Assembly: GCA_902563305.1 (NCBI GenBank)
Contig: CACEWP010000002.1
Span: forward strand, 87,066 to 151,065
Direction of reading: 5' to 3'
DNA from: an uncultured Alphaproteobacteria bacterium
Lineage (GTDB): Bacteria > Pseudomonadota > Alphaproteobacteria > Methylaequorales > Methylaequoraceae
Length of the DNA stretch: 64,000 nt
In this document: in pieces, positions 60,536 through 64,000 of the stretch
Numbering within the stretch: the first letter of the stretch is position 1
How the letters are laid out: every line of letters starts with the position of its first letter
Translations under genes and position numbers: made by a program
Notes under the pieces: generated by a model
Database searches by the model: none
The model's input: the letters and a program-made list of their open reading frames with translations, nothing else
Told to the model about the DNA's origin: nothing

Positions 60536-61555
60536 ATGGAACATAAAGATGGAATAATTTTATCCTGTTCTAGTTATGAATTAAAAAAAAGTGAGATAGA
60601 ATTTTTTAAAATAATAAATCCTTTAGGTTTTGTACTATTTAAAAGGAACTTCAAAAATAAACTACAAATAAAAAAGCTTATTCAAAACTTAAAGGAAGTT
60701 ACACTTAATAATGATCTTTTAATTTTTGTTGATCAAGAAGGAGGGAGAGTTCAAAGATTTAATAATAATGAATTTATAATCTTTCCATCACAGAGTATTT
60801 TTGGCAATCTATATGAATTCGAAAAAATCTTGGGGTTAGATTTGGCTTATAAATCTTCATATTTAATGGGCTTACAATTAAATCAGGTGGGTGTCGATGT
60901 AAACTTTTCACCTGTATGTGATTTACTATTTGATGGTGCTCATGAAGTAATAGGAGATAGATCATTTGGTAAGAACCCTAAATTAGTTTATGAATTATCA
61001 AATAAATTTTGCGAAGGTCTTTCAGACTCAGGAATAGTTGCTGTACCAAAACATTTTCCTGGTCATGGAAGGTCAATGTTTGATACACATTTAAACAGTT
61101 CGATTGTAAAAACATCTTATAATGATTTAAAAAAAACAGATTTAGTTCCATTTAAAATTCTCAGTAACTCTCTAATGGTTATGTTAGCTCACATAGTCTA
61201 TTCATCTATAGACTCAAATGTTGCAACTTATTCAAGTGAAATAATTGAGAATATTTTGAGAAAACAATTTAAATATAAGGGCCTTGTCATTTCAGATGAT
61301 ATCTCGATGAAGGCCCTTAATGAAGACCTCCCAACAAAAGTTAAAAAATGTTACAAAGCTGGATGCGATGTAGTTTTATATTGTAAAGGTGAGATAAAAG
61401 AAATTAAGAGTTTCTATACTAATGTTCAAAAAATTAAAGATGAACAAATGTTTTGTTTTTTTGAAAGAAAAAAAAAGATAACACTTCAAAAAAAAAATGT
61501 TAACAAATTTAAAAGTGACCTGATAGAATATGGACTAATTAATGACTCATCTTAA
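60536..61555 (+). CDS. nagZ: beta-N-acetylhexosaminidase
   Basis: 339 aa GH3 N-terminal domain; catalytic motif KHFPGHG, DLVPF. Confidence 0.8.
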   Translation: MEHKDGIILSCSSYELKKSEIEFFKIINPLGFVLFKRNFKNKLQIKKLIQNLKEVTLNNDLLIFVDQEGGRVQRFNNNEFIIFPSQSIFGNLYEFEKILGLDLAYKSSYLMGLQLNQVGVDVNFSPVCDLLFDGAHEVIGDRSFGKNPKLVYELSNKFCEGLSDSGIVAVPKHFPGHGRSMFDTHLNSSIVKTSYNDLKKTDLVPFKILSNSLMVMLAHIVYSSIDSNVATYSSEIIENILRKQFKYKGLVISDDISMKALNEDLPTKVKKCYKAGCDVVLYCKGEIKEIKSFYTNVQKIKDEQMFCFFERKKKITLQKKNVNKFKSDLIEYGLINDSS

Positions 61556-62252
61556 TCTTAATATAAGCGGATACGAAGGTCCCCTCGATGTTTTGCTCGA
61601 TTTGTCAAAAAAACAAAAGGTAGACATAAAAAAGATATCAATTCTAGAGTTGGCTGATCAATATTTGGAATTTGTTGAAGGAAATCTTGAAAATTTAAAA
61701 TTATCCGCAGATTACTTAGTTATGGCATCTTTATTAGCTTTTTTGAAATCTAAATTACTATTACCAGAAGAAAAAGAGGAGGTTGAAGAAATTCAAGAGG
61801 ACTTAACGCAAAGAATAATTCATTATAATGCTATAAAAAAATTATCAAAAAAAATATTTGAGTTATATCAAGAAGGTAAAGACTTTCATCATTGTAATGT
61901 TAAAAATGAATTTGTTATAAGTAATGCTATAGTTCCTAAAATAACTCTTCAGGATCTTATTTTAAAATATTCTGAAATTTTTAAAAAAAAAAATTCTATT
62001 AAACTTCTGGCTGATGATGATAATTTATATAAACTTGAAGATGGTTTAAAATGGTTGAATCAAATTTTAAAGTTAGAAGACAAGAATTGGTTGTCACTTT
62101 TTAATTTTTTACCTGATGGGATAATAAATTTAAAAATGAGAAAATCTGCTATCATATCCTTACTTTTGGCCTCATTAGATAGTGTTAATCAGGGTAAAAT
62201 TCTAATAAATCAAAAAGACCATTTTAAAAATATAATGGTAAGAGTTAAATAA
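61542..62252 (+). CDS. scpA: segregation and condensation protein A
   Basis: 236 aa; ScpA kleisin family, followed by scpB. Confidence 0.75.
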   Translation: MTHLNLNISGYEGPLDVLLDLSKKQKVDIKKISILELADQYLEFVEGNLENLKLSADYLVMASLLAFLKSKLLLPEEKEEVEEIQEDLTQRIIHYNAIKKLSKKIFELYQEGKDFHHCNVKNEFVISNAIVPKITLQDLILKYSEIFKKKNSIKLLADDDNLYKLEDGLKWLNQILKLEDKNWLSLFNFLPDGIINLKMRKSAIISLLLASLDSVNQGKILINQKDHFKNIMVRVK

Positions 62253-62773
62253 TGAATGAAAATGAAGCTAAGTGTTTTATTGAATCTTTAATTTTTTCAG
62301 CACAAGACCCTTTAACTAAAGATAGTATGAAAAAAATGTTAAAAGAATACGGTGAATTTAATTTAGATAAAATCTTAAATGAATTGAAGAGTGATTATGA
62401 AAATAGGGGTATAGAATTAGTTGAGTTAGAAAAAAGATTTTTTTTTAGAACCTCAAAGACTTTACATAATTACTTATTTGTTGAAACAAAAAAAGCTAGA
62501 AATTTATCAAATGCAGCAATGGAAACCTTGGCTATAATTTCATATCATCAACCTGTAACAAGAGCTGAAATAGAGAAAATTAGGGGAAAACCAGTTTTTC
62601 GTGGTACCCTGGATACATTGCTAGAATTAAAATGGATAAAACCATCTGGACGAAGAGAAACACCAGGTAGACCGGTCACTTGGATAACAGACTTTGAATT
62701 TCTAAAACATTTTGGATTAAAATCTATTAAAGATTTACCAAAAGTTGATGAATTAGAATCTGTAATCTTGTAA
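62252..62773 (+). CDS. scpB: segregation and condensation protein B
   Basis: 173 aa; tandem winged-helix ScpB motifs (IESLIFSAQDPL, LAIISYHQPVTRAEIEKIRG). Confidence 0.8.
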   Translation: MNENEAKCFIESLIFSAQDPLTKDSMKKMLKEYGEFNLDKILNELKSDYENRGIELVELEKRFFFRTSKTLHNYLFVETKKARNLSNAAMETLAIISYHQPVTRAEIEKIRGKPVFRGTLDTLLELKWIKPSGRRETPGRPVTWITDFEFLKHFGLKSIKDLPKVDELESVIL

Positions 62774-62800
62774 TATATTATTTGGCAAAAGGAGAAGATT

Positions 62801-62953
62801 ATGTTCGGTTTAGGTCATTGGGAAATTATTTTGATCTTAGTGATAGTTTTAATTTTTTTTGGGGCTGGAAAATTACCAAAAGTCGCTGGTGAGATTGCAA
62901 AGGGAATAAAATCTTTTAAACAGGGGCTTAAGGACGATAAAAAAGAAAAATAA
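62801..62953 (+). CDS. tatA: twin-arginine translocase subunit TatA (50 aa; absent from ORF track)
   Basis: AAAGGAGA RBS then [42 protein letters not shown]...: TM helix plus amphipathic helix with the conserved FG hinge; precedes tatB and tatC. Confidence 0.7.
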   Translation: MFGLGHWEIILILVIVLIFFGAGKLPKVAGEIAKGIKSFKQGLKDDKKEK

Positions 62954-62961
62954 ATTTTTAT

Positions 62962-63204
62962 ATGCTTAATATTGGGTTGATAGAATTTTTAGTTATCTTC
63001 TTCTTCTTAGTTTTACTTATAAAACCAGAAGATATTCCAAAAGTTTCAAAGAATATTGGATTATTTTATAGAAAAATAAGTAGATATTTTTACAACTTTA
63101 AATATGAACTTGACGAAATAAATAACGACTTTTCAAAAATAGATCCAGAGACAAAAAAAAATCATAATGAAGTATCTAAGTCACGTAAAAGAACTAAGAA
63201 ATAG
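62962..63204 (+). CDS. tatB: twin-arginine translocase subunit TatB
   Basis: 80 aa; N-terminal TM helix plus amphipathic helix with E8/P22-like pattern, between tatA and tatC. Confidence 0.6.
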   Translation: MLNIGLIEFLVIFFFLVLLIKPEDIPKVSKNIGLFYRKISRYFYNFKYELDEINNDFSKIDPETKKNHNEVSKSRKRTKK

Positions 63205-63889
63205 ACTGTTAATTAGCTTCTTATTTCTAATACTAACTTTTATCTTTTTTTTCTATAATGCCTCCTTCCTTGGAGAAATTTTATCTAAACCTTTGTTTGA
63301 ACTACTTAATGAATCTGAAGACAAAAGAATGATATTTACTGGTTTGCCAGAAGTATTTTTGTCAAATTTAAAAATATCTATTTTTGCATCATTTGTTGTA
63401 TCATTACCTTTTTTAATTATCCAAGTTGTTATGTTTATTTCCCCTGCAATGTATAAAAAAGAAAAACTTTTTTTTTTTCCTGTTTTTTTTCTTATACCTA
63501 TTCTATTTTTTCTTGGGGTTTTTTTTGCTTATTTTATTTTAATTCCAATAATTTGGAATTTCTTCATTTCATTTGAAAATTTTTTTTCTTCGGGGTTAAA
63601 TTTGGAACTAGAATCGAGATACTCCGAATATATGAGATTAATAATGTTTTTATTATTAGCAAGTGGTTTATCTTTTGAGTTTCCAATTTTGTTAATTGTT
63701 TTAACAAAATTAGGAATCATAAATATTAGATTATTAAAAAATAACAGGAAATATTTTTTTATCGGCATTCTTATCTTCTCTGCTATATTTACCCCACCTG
63801 ATATTATTTCACAGTTAGGCATTGCTATTCCTTTGATAATCTTTTATGAAGTTTCAATAGTATTTATTAATTTTTTTATTAAAAAGTAA
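63167..63889 (+). CDS. tatC: twin-arginine translocase subunit TatC
   Basis: 240 aa, 6 TM helices, TatC signature (HLxELRxRL-like SHVKELRNRLL N-terminus). Confidence 0.85.
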   Translation: MKYLSHVKELRNRLLISFLFLILTFIFFFYNASFLGEILSKPLFELLNESEDKRMIFTGLPEVFLSNLKISIFASFVVSLPFLIIQVVMFISPAMYKKEKLFFFPVFFLIPILFFLGVFFAYFILIPIIWNFFISFENFFSSGLNLELESRYSEYMRLIMFLLLASGLSFEFPILLIVLTKLGIINIRLLKNNRKYFFIGILIFSAIFTPPDIISQLGIAIPLIIFYEVSIVFINFFIKK

Positions 63890-64000
63890 GATCGTGCATG
63901 ATATTAAATTTATCAAGAAAAATCCTTCCACATTTGATTTATCTTTAAAAAAGAGAAACCTAAAACCTTGCAGTGAAATAATCATAAAAATACATAATAA

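Noticed and set aside
1-64000. CRISPR arrays, integrases, transposases, toxin-antitoxin pairs, restriction-modification genes
   Set aside because: Scanned both strands: no direct-repeat/spacer arrays, no tyrosine/serine recombinase or DDE transposase motifs, and the two methyltransferases (FkbM-type, secreted class I) lack DNA-MTase motifs (DPPY/NPPY, SPPY)

Overview
The window is an AT-rich, gene-dense, streamlined alphaproteobacterial chromosome segment with the hallmarks of the SAR11/Pelagibacter clade: short intergenic spacers, many 4-nt start/stop overlaps and very lysine-rich proteins. No integrase, transposase, CRISPR array or toxin-antitoxin pair was recognised. About 75 coding regions, three tRNAs and several terminators/promoters are listed as features.

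Core housekeeping content:
- A complete ISC iron-sulfur cluster assembly operon (cysE-iscS-iscU-iscA-hscB-hscA-fdx-iscX) followed directly by mnmA.
- A cytochrome c paired with a soluble PQQ-type sugar dehydrogenase-like beta-propeller, ending in a strong terminator.
- An actP-type solute symporter with its DUF485 partner and a small coupled HTH protein, then an aldehyde dehydrogenase, hisI and folE.
- An RND efflux pump (acrB/acrA-like) in the same minus-strand gene run as rpe, a class I fructose-bisphosphate aldolase, pgk and tkt.
- A reduced-sulfur amino-acid cluster (cysK/CBS-like, sseA rhodanese, metC-like).
- pcm-tolC-valS, ilvD, xth-erpA, dgt-argS, a SPOR-domain protein, nagZ, scpA-scpB and tatA-tatB-tatC (tatA is missing from the ORF track because it is only 50 aa).

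Regions worth a second look:
1. Directly downstream of tRNA-Met (CAT): a run of non-housekeeping envelope genes. It holds an FkbM-type methyltransferase, a Cys-rich secreted peptide, a Met/His-rich outer-membrane beta-barrel that could bind metal, three small secreted proteins and a glycine-zipper lipoprotein. A paralogue of that lipoprotein sits about 22 kb away.
2. A divergent pair around 32.3 kb: a secreted SRPBCC (START/Bet v 1-like) protein and a YVTN beta-propeller on one side, an MMPL/HpnN-like RND exporter on the other. Together they look like an undescribed envelope lipid-trafficking module. The SRPBCC and YVTN genes are translationally coupled into the tkt-pgk-fba-rpe operon.
3. A DNA-damage cluster at 35.3-40.5 kb. 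It has an ATP-dependent DNA ligase coupled to a Cas4/RecB-like Cys4 nuclease candidate. It also has a spore-photoproduct-lyase-family radical-SAM enzyme (matches C-x3-C-x2-C-YLQ and the conserved H-donor Cys) coupled to an MTA/5'-deoxyadenosine nucleosidase-like protein, next to a secreted SAM methyltransferase. This fits UV-lesion repair in a surface-ocean non-sporulating bacterium.
4. A tRNA-Asn/tRNA-Cys-flanked surface-glycan module (ABC-2 exporter, GT2, epimerase).
5. The cytochrome c / sugar dehydrogenase pair has conspicuously CGT/GGT-rich codon usage, unlike the rest of the window.
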